Counted from the whole stretch's first letter, positions 14,091 to 27,367 are shown. The stretch: DNA of 63,009 nt, filler included, from Octopus bimaculoides (GCF_001194135.2; 6 parts of 5 records of this genome joined end to end with filler, not necessarily neighbours in it), one strand, 5' to 3'. The notes: generated by a model not told the origin, from the sequence alone. Made by a program: numbers and translations.

Positions 14091-15570
14091 CCAACAACAC
14101 CCCCCCTGCAACCACAACGCTAACTCAACCCCACCCTCATAATTATATCTCAGCCACCCCCCACCCTCGTTCAAACCCCAAGCTACCCCATCAACCACCT
14201 CCCATCTCCACCACATATTTACTACAATGACAGCTCAGTAACACTTTGTTTAATTTAGCACTGCATGACTGCCACCACATCAACGTTACTGCCTAAACAC
14301 CGTTGTGATCAACTCCCCACCACTACGACCACTTCACTTTCTTCCCACCACNNNNNNNNNNNNNNNNNNNNNNNNNNNNNNNNNNNNNNNNNNNNNNNNN
14401 NNNNNNNNNNNNNNNNNNNNNNNNNNNNNNNNNNNNNNNNNNNNNNNNNNNNNNNNNNNNNNNNNNNNNNNNNNNNNNNNNNNNNNNNNNNNNNNNNNNN
14501 NNNNNNNNNNNNNNNNNNNNNNNNNNNNNNNNNNNNNNNNNNNNNNNNNNNNNNNNNNNNNNNNNNNNNNNNNNNNNNNNNNNNNNNNNNNNNNNNNNNN
14601 NNNNNNNNNNNNNNNNNNNNNNNNNNNNNNNNNNNNNNNNNNNNNNNNNNNNNNNNNNNNNNNNNNNNNNNNNNNNNNNNNNNNNNNNNNNNNNNNNNNN
14701 NNNNNNNNNNNNNNNNNNNNNNNNNNNNNNNNNNNNNNNNNNNNNNNNNNNNNNNNNNNNNNNNNNNNNNNNNNNNNNNNNNNNNNNNNNNNNNNNNNNN
14801 NNNNNNNNNNNNNNNNNNNNNNNNNNNNNNNNNNNNNNNNNNNNNNNNNNNNNNNNNNNNNNNNNNNNNNNNNNNNNNNNNNNNNNNNNNNNNNNNNNNN
14901 NNNNNNNNNNNNNNNNNNNNNNNNNNNNNNNNNNNNNNNNNNNNNNNNNNNNNNNNNNNNNNNNNNNNNNNNNNNNNNNNNNNNNNNNNNNNNNNNNNNN
15001 NNNNNNNNNNNNNNNNNNNNNNNNNNNNNNNNNNNNNNNNNNNNNNNNNNCACCACGACCATTCCCCACCACCGCTATCTCCCCCACCACCGCCATATCC
15101 CCCACCACCACTATCATCATCTGACCACTACCACCACCACCACCTCCACGTCCACCACCAAGTCCCGCCCACCACCATCTTCCTCCTCACCACCGCCATC
15201 TCCCCCGCCACCGCCATCTCCACCACCATTCTAAATACTCACCGCTACTACAACGGTTCACCGTCAGCACAGTCCCATGCATAATTGATGTATGTTTTAC
15301 ATTATGGAACACCAGAATCGGCATCAAGTATCAACAACATGGTCGAAAGCCTGCTAGAAATAGCAGCTCCGTTCCCTTGAATATAGGCAGACGTCTTAAA
15401 GAAACGAAAGAACAAATTGGATTATGGTAGTCCCTGATATAGGAAAATCATGTTGGTTATTGGCAGAACGCCTTTGATGATAATTTTACTAATTCAGGTT
15501 TGACCTGAAGCTCAACAACGTTATCAGCATCAACATCATCCACAGCATCATAACCATCATCATCATCACC

Positions 15571-15602
<32 letters not shown>

Positions 15603-15889
15603 CATCAACATCTGTAATGAAGTAACTGCAGCAACAGCAGCAGTCACCATCGATCTACAAATTAGAAGCTACTTGCTTCATGCGGAATAAAGTATCGACC
15701 TCTTATAGATATGCCTTCCCACACAGACATGTGCGTATACACACACACACACACACTCACACACACACACACACAGAGGCCACACCACACATACATAAAC
15801 GTACACGTGCGCACACAAAAACACGCGCAAACACACTCATCTATATACATATATGTGTGCGTATGTATATATATATATATATGTATATG

Positions 15890-16262
15890 CGGGCGTAGTT
15901 TTGTGGTAAGAAACAAGTTGGCACAAACGTTAGCACGCCGGGCGAAATGCTTAGCGATATTTCGTCTGCCGTTACGTTCTGAGTTCAAATTCCGCTGAGG
16001 TCGACTTTGCCTTTCATCCTTTCGGGGTCGATAAATTAAGTACCAGTTACGCACTGGGTCGATGTAATCGACTTAATCTCTCTATCTGTCCTTGTTTGTC
16101 CCCTCTATGTTTAGCTCCTTGTGGGCAATAAAGAAATAAGAAGCTTGCTTCCCAACCACATGGTTCCAAGTTCAGTCTCACTGCGTGGCACCTTGAGCAA
16201 GTGTCTTCGACTATAGCCTCAGGCCGTAGACGGAATTCAAAAGTAGCCCGACGTATATACAA

Positions 16263-16301
<39 letters not shown>

Positions 16302-16311
16302 NNNNNNNNNN

Positions 16312-16348
<37 letters not shown>

Positions 16349-16545
16349 CGTGGGTGGGTGTATGTATTTATTTGTGTGTGTGTGTCTGTGTTTCTCCCCC
16401 TGCCATCGCTTGACAACCGAAGCAAGTGTGTTTATGTCTCTGCAACTTAGCGCTTCGGCAAAACCGACCGATAGAATAGGTACCAGGCTTACAAAGAATT
16501 AGTCCTGCGGTCGATTTCATTGATTAAAACCCTTTAAAAGGGCTT
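15890..16545 (+). mobile_element. Family C CORE-like SINE, interrupted at its A-box, with internal (TG)n
   Basis: Head remnant gggcgtagttttgtggtaagaa continues as gcttgcttcccaaccacatggttccaagttcagtc; CORE-like caccttgagcaagtgtctt; internal (TG)n about 16264-16345; tail gaccgatagaataggtaccaggcttacaaagaa. Confidence 0.8.
15913..16136 (+). mobile_element. Meta-type SINE subfamily A nested in the head of a family C SINE, flanked by TAAGAA direct repeats
   Basis: gtggTAAGAA (15907-15912), SINE body, aaaTAAGAA (16137-16142), then gcttgcttcccaacc. Confidence 0.85.
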
Positions 16546-16688
16546 TTGAGTAAAAGAATGAAAGAATATGTGAATGTGCGTATGTATATATATATATATA
16601 TATATATATGCATACACATTCACACCCACAAACACAGGCACATTTATATACACACATATATATGTGTACCTTATATATGTATGTATGT

Positions 16689-17010
16689 GAAGGCGCATGG
16701 CTTAGTGGTTAGCGCATTCGGCTCACGATCGTGAGGTCGTGAGTTCAATTTCTTGCGACGCGTTGTGTCCTTGAGCAAGACACTTTATTTCACGTTGCTC
16801 CAGTCCACTCAGCTGGCAAAAATGAGTTGTACCTGTATTTCAAAGGGCCGACCTCGTCACACTGTGTGTCACGCTGAATCTCCCTGAGAACTACGTTAGG
16901 GGTACACGTGTCTGTGGATTGCTCAGTCAATTGCACGATAATTTCACGAGCAAGCTGTTCCGTTGATCGTATCAGGTGGGTCCCTCGTCGACGTAACCGA
17001 CGGAGTGCTC
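16689..17010 (+). mobile_element. Full-length tRNA-derived CORE-like SINE (family B)
   Basis: gaaggcgcatggcttagtggttagcg (A-box), gagttcaatttc (B-box), gtgtccttgagcaagacacttt (CORE-like), tail cgtaaccgacggagtgctc. Confidence 0.9.
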
Positions 17011-17027
17011 CTATATGGGTATATATG

Positions 17028-17073
<46 letters not shown>

Positions 17074-17843
17074 TATAAATACATAGATACATGCAAGTAT
17101 TTATGTATACACACTCACACACTCATACGTATATAATGTATGTTATAAAGCGTGTATTTGCTGCATTTGTTTCATTTTCACCGTTCTGAGTTCAAATCCA
17201 GCCAAGGTTGTTTGTCTTTGATCTTTACGGGTCGATAAATAAAGTACCAATCCAATTCTTTGACTGATTCTTTTACTCTCCACTCCTCCTCTGTTTCTCT
17301 CATTCCTCTCTGTCTTTCACTTCTTTCTCCTCTCTCTCTCTCTCTCACCTCTCTCTCTCTCTCCTTCTCTCTAATTGATATGTGCATTCCTATTACATAA
17401 TCGTACGAGAAATTCGATCGAACAATTAATTAAAGATCCAGATGTTTCTGGAATATTCACCCATACAGTTCTTTTACGACTATGAATCAAATCCACCGAA
17501 CAACTGAAAGCTCATTGCGAAAACCGACAGAGATACGCCAACAGTTGTGTGTCTGTAAGCCACGACTGTGTTCGAATTTCATGCTTGTGTTAATGATTTT
17601 TCCTAATTTCTGAAACGACTTTTATGCTTGAAACATTTCAATAAAACTTCAAAACCTTTCCAACCTCATTTGCTGAATGAAGTGGTGATAGGTGCAGCTT
17701 TATTACTGCGTCTTATGTTCAGCAGCAGGGGTTCATAGAAATGACACGGTAACTAATAAAATCATCATCGCCGGATTTCTAAAACTGCTTCACGGTTAAC
17801 GCCTACGTTACGTTTACTGTTTATTCCACGGATTTTATATCTG

Positions 17844-17881
<38 letters not shown>

Positions 17882-17982
17882 TACAAATACACGCAAACAC
17901 ACACACACACACACAGGCACATACACATACATACATACATACATACAATAATAGACACACACACACACACGCACATACACAC

Positions 17983-18028
<46 letters not shown>

Positions 18029-18924
18029 AGAGAGTGTGTGTGTGAGGGAGAGAGAGAGGAGGAGAGGAGAGGGACAGAGGGGGAGAGAGAGAGAGGGAAG
18101 CATTAATACATACATACACACATCTACAGGCAAACACTCTCTCATCCATATATAAATAGAAACATTTGTAGAGAACAATTAAATTTGGAAACGTGAAATT
18201 TATGCTTTTCTGTTTTCTTTTTTCCGTTTTTAACTATGATGCTCTCAATATGTTGATATTTGGTGTCATTTCCGTTGTACGACAATTTATATCCGTCATG
18301 TTATATATTCAGTGGGGGAATGACCTCGTGTTAAATAACAACAACAACAACAACGAGAATGTCAACATCAATAGACATAACACTTGACTCTGTAGTTTCT
18401 CTTAAACAAAAAATTGTTGTTTGGGAGACCATACTGTGTGATATCTTAGATACAGTTCAATGTAACAGAGATAAGTTTCTTCGTTAGATATTGTTCAATA
18501 AAACTATTTGATTGGAATATCATATAAAGATAGCTGCAACCGAGCCAAGATCACCTATAATCGCTCTATGACAAACGGATTCACTAATGTTGATAAAAAT
18601 ATTTTCACTGACGTAACAAAGATGTTTCATCAATAATTATTAGAGTGGTTGACTATCTCCTTCTATCAGCTTCTTCAGATATCTTGAGTATTCTTATAAT
18701 GATAACTTAGCGTGACTTCTTAATTTGTTGAATTATCACCAACACAAGAAGATTCAGATGATAAGACATTATGATAACAAACACCTCTTGCTTTCTAAAA
18801 CTGACTCAGTTTTTGGTGAAGCTTTGAAATTGTAATTTCCAATTTCTTACTTATTAATGGCAATTTGGTAGAATCTTTAGAGTATCGAGGCAAATTACGT
18901 TGCTGTATTTGTTCCGATTCTGAA

Positions 18925-20637
18925 GTCAGTGAGCTGGCAGAATCGTTAGCACACCTTACAAAATGCTTAACAGTATTTCGTCCGTCTTCACGATCTGAGT
19001 TCAAATTCCGCCGAGGTCGACTTTATCTTACATCCATTTTAGGGCTCGAAAAAATAAGTACCATCTGAGCACTGGGGTCGATGTAATCAAGTCACCCACT
19101 CAACGAAATTCCTGGCCAAAATTTGAAACCAATAGTGTGACGAGCTGGCAGAATCATTAGCACACCGGAAAAAAATGCTTAGCGGCATTTTGTCCGTTTT
19201 TACGTTCAAGGTTCATATTCCACCGAGGTCGACTTTGCCTTTCGTCTATTCGAGGTTGATGAAATAAGTACCAAGTGATCATGTAATCGACTTGACACCT
19301 ACCAGGAAATTGCTAGCTTAGTGCTAAAATTTAAAACCAATATTTTTTTCTGATTCGATGCGCATTGAGTTCAAATCACGCCGTGGTCAAATTCCTATTT
19401 CATTCTTTTGACATCAATAAAATATATTACCTGTTCAGAACGATGTTTAGGATGGCATGACTTGTGATATTTTTTATTGATCGTTAATCTTTAAGCGGTT
19501 TTAACATCACCACCTGGTCTTCGACTATCTTCAGCAGAGTTCATTCTGTTGTTGGTCAGGTATCCTGTTTGAGTATAATGACCCTCTAATCTCTCATTTA
19601 TCCCGGATTCTCTTTAAGAAAAAATGCCACGGCACCTATTCTTCATTGCTTGACTAAACAATAAAAATTAAATTCACATCAGCCCTTGTTGCTCAGGAAA
19701 AAGCTCACATTCTAACGATCCCGCAAGCTCTTGGTCTTCTAAATAATATTAATGGTTTCAAATTTTGGCACAAGGCCAGCAGTTTTTTGAGAGAGTAGTT
19801 GTCGATTACATCGACTTCCCTGGTCAACTGGTACTTATTTCATTGACCCCGAAAGACTGAAAAGCACAGCCGACCTCGTGGGTATTTGAACTCGGACTGT
19901 AAAGATGAGCGAAATGACATTAACCATTTTATCCGGGGAGCTAACGATTCTGACAGTTCACTGTCTTAATATCCTTCCTACTATAGGCACAAGACATGAA
20001 ATTTTAGGGGAAGGAGACAAGTCGATTACATCGATCTCATTGCTCGACTGACACTTATTTTAACGACTCCGAAAGTATGTAAGGCAGAGTCAGCCTCGGT
20101 GGAATCTTAACTCGGAACATAATGACACACAAAATGCTGCAAATCATTTTGTTCTGTATGCTAACGATTCCTCTAGTTTGTCGCCTTCTTCTTAATTATA
20201 ATGGTGGTCTCTCCGGTCGAAGGCGAAATATGAGTGATAAGCTTTTGCCGAACGACCAGCACAAATGATTTGTTTATTGTGTTCAAATGTATGTGCTGTA
20301 TATTAGCTCGCTCCCTCCATCAAATTGACTTTGTCTCTGCACAGATGCACGGTCTACCACACGTCAGATGTCTACATTATCGTAGAGCAACGTCAGATAA
20401 AGTGTTTTGCCCAAGAATACGACGCACCACCCGGTCTAGGAATTGAAACTACGATCGCGCGATCTTGTGTGTAACACTCTAGCCACTTGGCCATGCGTCC
20501 TTACAATCATGCGAATATAGTAACCTTTAGGAAGAACAAAAACAAGTGTGCTTAATAAAAGACGTGGCAGTGCTAGGAGATATATTATTATGAAAGAATA
20601 ATATATTATGGAAGAGATAGGGACGAAGAATATAATG

Positions 20638-20699
<62 letters not shown>

Positions 20700-20930
20700 C
20701 ATAATAATAACCAAAAATGGTTGTCACAAGGCCAGCACTCTCGAAGGAAAGGCATTAGTCGGTACTATTGACTGCATTATTAAACACGTACTTTATTTTA
20801 TCAGACCGGGAACGACGAAAGGCATGGTTAATCCCGGTACGATTAGACTCGGAAGGTAAAGAACCGGAAGAAAATACCACGAGGTATTTTTCAGTCTTTT
20901 TAACGATTTCCACAATTCAATCGCCATTTG
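18925..20930. mobile_element. Meta-type SINE cluster: plus 18925-19135, 19140-19345, partial 19370-19430; minus 19745-19970, 19975-20190, 20715-20930
   Basis: Recurrent head and Meta-block motifs in both orientations. Confidence 0.8.
20210..20505 (-). mobile_element. tRNA-derived CORE-like SINE with a different 3' half
   Basis: Minus strand: aaggacgcatggccaagtggctagag...gtttcaattcctagaccggg...ttcttgggcaaaacactttatct. Confidence 0.7.
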
Positions 20931-21477
20931 CCAATCCAAACGCTAAATAAATATCAGTTTATTTCGTTATTCGACATCTAATAAATAAACCTCGGCGTAG
21001 ATAAAGCAAAAATAAAAAATAAAAAAAGCAAAATAAACACACACACGCACGTATATGCATATGTACACATATATACATACATACATGCATACGTACATAC
21101 ATACATACATAACATACATACATACATACATACATACATACATACATACATACATACATACGTGTGTGTGTGTGCATACGCACTGACACGAAGCAACAAT
21201 GTTGTCAATGAAATATGATGTGTTCCTAAAGCAATTTTGTCACTTTGGCAATATTTCCATATCTGCAGGCTTAAAACCCATTGACATATGTGGTCAGCTG
21301 CCAATAGAGGCACAGAACGTAGGCGCCTTTTTTGATGTCTCTAGCTGTTATATTGCTGTAGCATACACTTACACAAACACACACATACACACAAGCTCAC
21401 ACACGATCACACACACATTACATACTCGTGCGAATGCACGCACACACAAAAATGCATACACATATACAGTTACATAA

Positions 21478-21532
<55 letters not shown>

Positions 21533-22838
21533 CATATATATNNNNNNNNNNNNNNNNNNNNNNNNNNNNNNNNNNNNNNNNNNNNNNNNNNNNNNNNNNN
21601 NNNNNNNNNNNNNNNNNNNNNNNNNNNNNNNNNNNNNNNNNNNNNNNNNNNNNNNNNNNNNNNNNNNNNNNNNNNNNNNNNNNNNNNNNNNNNNNNNNNN
21701 NNNNNNNNNNNNNNNNNNNNNNNNNNNNNNNNNNNNNNNNNNNNNNNNNNNNNNNNNNNNNNNNNNNNNNNNNNNNNNNNNNNNNNNNNNNNNNNNNNNN
21801 NNNNNNNNNNNNNNNNNNNNNNNNNNNNNNNNNNNNNNNNNNNNNNNNNNNNNNNNNNNNNNNNNNNNNNNNNNNNNNNNNNNNNNNNNNNNNNNNNNNN
21901 NNNNNNNNNNNNNNNNNNNNNNNNNNNNNNNNNNNNNNNNNNNNNNNNNNNNNNNNNNNNNNNNNNNNNNNNNNNNNNNNNNNNNNNNNNNNNNNNNNNN
22001 NNNNNNNNNNNNNNNNNNNNNNNNNNNNNNNNNNNNNNNNNNNNNNNNNNNNNNNNNNNNNNNNNNNNNNNNNNNNNNNNNNNNNNNNNNNNNNNNNNNN
22101 NNNNNNNNNNNNNNNNNNNNNNNNNNNNNNNNNNNNNNNNNNNNNNNNNNNNNNNNNNNNNNNNNNNNNNNNNNNNNNNNNNNNNNNNNNNNNNNNNNNN
22201 NNNNNNNNNNNNNNNNNNNNNNNNNNNNNNNNNNNNNNNNNNNNNNNNNNNNNNNNNNNNNNNNNNNNNNNNNNNNNNNNNNNNNNNNNNNNNNNNNNNN
22301 NNNNNNNNNNNNNNNNNNNNNNNNNNNNNNNNNNNNNNNNNNNNNNNNNNNNNNNNNNNNNNNNNNNNNNNNNNNNNNNNNNNNNNNNNNNNNNNNNNNN
22401 NNNNNNNNNNNNNNNNNNNNNNNNNNNNNNNNNNNNNNNNNNNNNNNNNNNNNNNNNNNNNNNNNNNNNNNNNNNNNNNNNNNNNNNNNNNNNNNNNNNN
22501 NNNNNNNNTATATATATATATATATAATTGTTACAGAGTACAACAAACGCTAAGGCAAGACAAAAATCTCAAGTCATATACGTTATCATTATTTGAAAAA
22601 CATTTTAAGTCTTACAGTTGTTTCTGGGATATCCCAAAATATGGGATATTCTGTCATCGGAGACAAGTAGAAAAGATGTGAAGGGTATAGATTAGGGAAC
22701 CGATGACATAGAGGAGTGGAGAAAAGTAATAAAAAAAAAGAAGAAAAAGGAGCATAGAAGTTCAGAGTTCAACTTTCCGATATTGTAGATGTTAGTCCAT
22801 AAGTTCTTAGGTGCAATCCTATGTAAAACCCTGTATGG

Positions 22839-23135
22839 TTATAACCTACATAGTTTAAATATCCAGTTAGTTCCCATCTTTGCGAGATACTTTCTCATCT
22901 GCCGTGACCATATCACAGTGTGCCCACCCATACAAGCCGTCACTCGAGTTGCGTCTAGAGAGAAGAGAACGCGATACGCAAGGTCCAACTCGGAAAATCG
23001 AGCAACAGGACCAAAGAATCTTAGCTGACGCTCCCGAGTCTTACAAGAGACAGAACGCATCCCAGTGTCTGACTATAGTCAATGGATGGATACAAAATCC
23101 GACCAATAGTAACTGCAAAGTGCCCTTGTACCAAA
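22839..23135 (-). pseudogene. RTE-clade LINE ORF C-terminal remnant
   Basis: FGTRALCSYYWSDFVSIH*L*SDTGMRSVSCKTRERQLRFFGPVARFSELDLAYRVL...TVIWSRQMRKYLAKMG matches the RTE pattern WxDFVSN.....TGM......RERQLR.FGHVAR. Confidence 0.85.
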
Positions 23136-23280
23136 GAAGCCGACTTGATTAGTTATTTGATCAACTGAATTGCATGCGCCAGAGCATTTCAGAAACAAAA
23201 GTACCCTTAACATTATTATATATGTGTGTGTGTCTGTTTTGTATGTGTGAGTGTGTGTGTGTTCAGACAGACAGACAGAC

Positions 23281-23313
<33 letters not shown>

Positions 23314-24342
23314 GACAGACAAAAAGAAAGTCAATATATGTATTCTATTCAGCTTTTTCCTTCTTCTTTTATGTCAAATTCAAACTTCTAATCCTGCCAA
23401 ATAAGAAATAATTATCTCTCTTGTACTAACTGACCGCACCGCAAGAGTACGCCACTTATGCATGTATACACATGCACATTTATATATATATATATATATA
23501 CACACGCAAACACACACAAACACACACAAATTGCTTTGTGGCTGGCTACAAATCCGTAGACTGGGCTGTGAACATGCTGATATGTATTCGAATTCTATCT
23601 CATAATATTGCATTCATTTGATTTCATTACATAACTATATTATACAGAGACATCTCTATTGCGGACAAGCTATAGACTGCGTTGTCAACAGAGCTATTTA
23701 AATATGTACTCAGTTATACATTTAAATATACTGAGGATTAATCTTATCTATATTACCAAATATTAAACGAAATATCTAATAAATTCTCCTGGCATTGAAT
23801 TATGCTCTGCTTTTATAGCTCAACACAAGGCTATGAGGAAGATAATTTATAAGCTTGCCACATATATATAGCAGTAGGTTTCGTACAAATATCTCGAGGG
23901 AAATCGAAACGAATAACCGTTTTATCATAAACCGAAGGAACGAAAATTACACTTAATAGTAAAATATATAAGCGTAAACTTTACTTACGAATCTTTTCCT
24001 ACAAATAAGTTACTGTATAATTGGACAATGAATATTCTAATTATACCTTATGAAATAATATTGCGAATATTCAATACATAAATATCCCCGTTTTTAAAGC
24101 TCTGAGTTGCAGAGGTCAAATTTGTTATTTATCCTTTCGGGTAGATGAATAAAATGCTTGTTCAGCACTGAGTTCTTTTCCTCTGTTTCTCTCACTCTTT
24201 TTATTTTCTTTTTCATGAAGAAACTGGCTATAAATGGGATGTGGTTCGTCAGATCTAAAAAAAACTTTAAACACGTCTTTTTCAATAGAGCCACTTCGAC
24301 CGCACCACACACCGCAATAATTTGAGGACCCCGGGGTAAAAG

Positions 24343-24389
<47 letters not shown>

Positions 24390-24609
24390 CGGACAGGCAG
24401 GCAGACAGGTAGGCAGGCAGGCAGGCAGGCAGATAGATAAATAGACAAACACATAGACAGAAAAATAGACATAGACAGATAGATAGATAGACAAACAGAC
24501 AGACAGTCAGCCAGACAGACAGACAGACAGACAGACAGTCAGCCAGACAGACAGTCAGGCAGACAGACAGACAGACAGTCAGCCAGACAGACAGACAGAT
24601 AGATTAGAT

Positions 24610-24660
<51 letters not shown>

Positions 24661-24661
24661 G

Positions 24662-24715
24662 TTTCTTTATTAGCCACACAGGGCTCAACACAGAGGGGAC
24701 AAAATACAAATGTAG
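24662..24715 (-). mobile_element. Retroposon 3'-terminal fragment ending in (TATC)n; second copy at 59633-59696
   Basis: Minus strand tttgtcccctctgtgttgagccctgtgtggctaataaagaaac followed by the ctat repeat; the element body is lost in the adjacent gap. Confidence 0.6.
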
Positions 24716-24860
24716 AGTTTTTTCTTTTCGAGGGGGGGCCAAAACAAAGCAGAAAAAAAANNNNNNNNNNNNNNNNNNNNNNNNNNNNNNNNNNNNNNNN
24801 NNNNTTAATTAATTAANNNNNNNNNNNNNNNNNNNNNNNNNNNNNNNNNNNNNNNNNNNN

Positions 24861-24897
<37 letters not shown>

Positions 24898-24905
24898 CAT
24901 GTATG

Positions 24906-24942
<37 letters not shown>

Positions 24943-24947
24943 GATAA

Positions 24948-26599
24948 TACGATATCATATTGTTTGTAAACAATATAATATTATCTTGAGAGATTATGTA
25001 GATGATAATGTGACAATACACAAAAGCAGCAAGATAACTGCAAGTTCAGTTGCCTTTATAAATGAACTGATACTCTTCATTTCAAATGCATAGTGTCTTT
25101 TATTGAACTATGGTATTCCTAATTATGAGAATTGTCCATGCAGCAACTAAACATTTAAAAGAGCGCACCGATCAGTCGGTGTAGTGTGCTGGCAACTGCG
25201 AAATAGTTTTATTAATGACATTTGTTTTTCATTCTAATAATGAGCCTCATTATACAATATAGAGTTAGTCATCGCTCTATATGTACTAAAATTTGGTAAT
25301 TAGTCGCACGTTGAACATTCAACGTATTTGTATGAAATTCTTTTAACTGCGAAAAATGTTTGCGAAGACTTTTCTGATTCTGCAATAGACTAATTGGAGG
25401 GACTGTTTGAGCTATGTGCAATTTTACGAGTGATATCCACACATCAAACCAGAAGAACATCCACTGAAAGCATTTTAAAATATTGAAAAACTTACACGAC
25501 AACGGGCAGCGATAACATTGTGAAAGAGGGTGCTGTGATTTGTGGAAGACGTTGTCTGACCGTCGGTGAAATACGCGAATGTGTAGGTATATGTTCAAGG
25601 TTAAACCACATGATTTTATAAGAACAAATGCAAATGCATTGTGTTGATGCAAGTGTTGTTCTGCACCTGCTGATAGTTAAATGAAAGAGAAATAAGTCAC
25701 AGCCAATCATGAGCGTTTGATCCCTCAAATGCAGACCAAAGCTTTTGTTTATTATAATAACAAGTTACGTAGTGTGGACTTATGTTACAATTTCGAAACA
25801 AAAAAAGGTTGTGTTAACACATTGAACCATACTGCAATTGTTGCATTGTGATGCAGATCATTGCTGCCACGACAAAAAAAAAAAAAAAGATAAAACTCAT
25901 TAGTGTTGTTCAAATAGGAAGGTGGTGTTGATCGTCTTACTTGATTGAAAAAGCGCCGCTCATTATGAGTGCGTTCCATTTGGCCAAGCGATCGGTGAAG
26001 AGTCCTACATATATGTCCTGAAGTGTTTGAATACCTGAGGATATGTTAGAATGACAAACAAAATGTAGATCAGGCATGGCCTCTCTATTTTGAGAAGCAG
26101 GCTGCATGAAGCATGACACACCATTTGGTGGACCGCACTACTATAAAAGTTCAAGATAATTTTTCTTTAGGTGGTACAATTCAGAAGACCCTGCAGGTCA
26201 CAGCTTACTCAAAAACGTTGTAGATGCTGCTGCACCAGAAGATAGCAACCCATGCATCACACTTAATCCGTGACTAATTGGAAAATCACAAGTCGACACA
26301 ATATCGCCAGCCGTTCTACTCTTCGGATTCAGGCCCTATGGACGGTTTTTGTTCTGAATGTTGAAACTCACAATGCAAAGTCACTGGTTTCAGATGATAG
26401 AAAAGGTCTATGAAAAATCGCCTCAAGATATGTGATCCACCGCTAAAATCCCTCTCATGACGCGTTAAAAAAACCGGAAAACTTTGAGATCAATTCATCA
26501 ACAGTAGAGGAAATTAGTTTGAAGGAGATAAAATCTGGCTGTAAATAAAAATTAAATTTGTTTTTCAAACGTTCGATTTCCTTTATGAGATACCTCGTA
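24948..26599 (+). mobile_element. Decayed near full-length mariner (DD34D-type) DNA transposon
   Basis: Right end ...ttcctttatgagatacctcg-TA (26599). A degenerate match to its reverse complement starts tacga at 24948 (left boundary uncertain). Transposase remnant inside. Confidence 0.8.
25317..26544 (+). pseudogene. Mariner transposase pseudogene (many stops and frameshifts)
   Basis: IQRICMKFF*LRK..KTF..LQ..RDCLSYVQFYE*Y; RRCLTVGEIRECVGI; W.Y..FETK; SNRKVVLIVLLD*KSAAHYECVPFGQAI...Y..VLKCL; KHDTP (HDNA-like); RFLF*MLKLTMQSHWFQMIE; *FEGDKIWL* (YFEGD terminus). Confidence 0.9.
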
Positions 26600-26945
26600 A
26601 TTTACTCGATATATTGTTTACGTCATTGTAAGGAATGAATAATAAATAACTGTGTATAGTAACAGACACTTATACTAGAACACAAAATAAAAGCTGAAAA
26701 CTAAATAAAATATTCAATATATATGGTTACATAATTATAAATTAGGCTATTCAGTTATATCGAGGACACAGGACAGATCGAATTTGTTAAAGGCGTTAGA
26801 TACAAATATTTTCATGGCTCGAGTAGTGAAGAAAGAACATATCCAAGGATATGAATTTTCAACACAAAATTTTAAGATTACATTATTTACATTATTTTTC
26901 ATTCGACGGATATTTGTCCTCATCTTGTTAGATTGTTAACACAAA

Positions 26946-27281
26946 GACTGCGTGTACTCCATCCCATGCAGCTGTGATAGGTTATACAAAGGCGAAACAT
27001 GTCGACTCCTCAAAATAAGGGTAGACGAACATCGCAAAGCTGTGACACGAGAAGGTATTAATAAATAGGGTATAGCTGATCATGTATGGAAAAATGGAGA
27101 CCACCTCTCTCTGTGGGATGAAGTTAAAATAATAGACAGAGAGTACCACTGGAAAATACGAAAACTAAAAGAGGAAGCACATATGCTAGGGCACAACAAT
27201 CTCCTAAGCAGACCGAGTGCAGAAATGAGCAGCATATGGGAACCGGTATTAAGGAAGGATCGAAAAATATTAGATTTATAA
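26946..27281 (+). pseudogene. Penelope GIY-YIG endonuclease domain, one internal stop (TAG 27066-27068)
   Basis: DCVYSIPCSCDRLYKGETCRLLKIRVDEHRKAVTREGINK*GIADHVWKNGDHLSLWDEVKIIDREYHWKIRKLKEEAHMLGHNNLLSRPSAEMSSIWEPVLRKDRKILDL*. Shows VYxIPCxC..Y.GET.R....R..EH, typical of PLE endonucleases. Confidence 0.92.
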
Positions 27282-27291
27282 GCCCTAAAAT

Positions 27292-27367
27292 TCACTCCAT
27301 AATTGCCCAGTAGTTAAGAGCGCGGGCTAATAACCCCAAGATTCCGAGTTCGATTCCAAACAGTGAC
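27292..27367 (+). pseudogene. tRNA-Ile(AAT)-derived sequence (degenerate; A- and B-box retained)
   Basis: gcccagtagttaagagc (D-arm/A-box), ggg-ctAATaa-ccc anticodon arm (AAT at 27329-27331), gagttcgattcc B-box, tcact/agtga acceptor-like pairing. T-stem mispaired. Confidence 0.75.

Noticed and set aside
21190-21313. Dong-like C-terminus (KIALGTHHI) on the minus strand
   Set aside because: Resembles KIALLGTAHI but the surrounding sequence does not align; too short to support.
14265-22681. Very long ORFs spanning X runs (also near 30828, 44344, 61090)
   Set aside because: Open only because N gaps contain no stops.
24805-24816. TTAATTAATTAA islands inside N runs (also 36571, 41076, 56050, 59741)
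   Set aside because: Each sits at the centre of a 44N+12+44N = 100-base block and gives stops in all six frames: an artificial scaffolding spacer.
27292-27367. Functional tRNA-Ile gene
   Set aside because: T-stem and acceptor spacing are broken; kept only as a tRNA-derived cassette. SINE heads were rejected as tRNA genes for the same reason.
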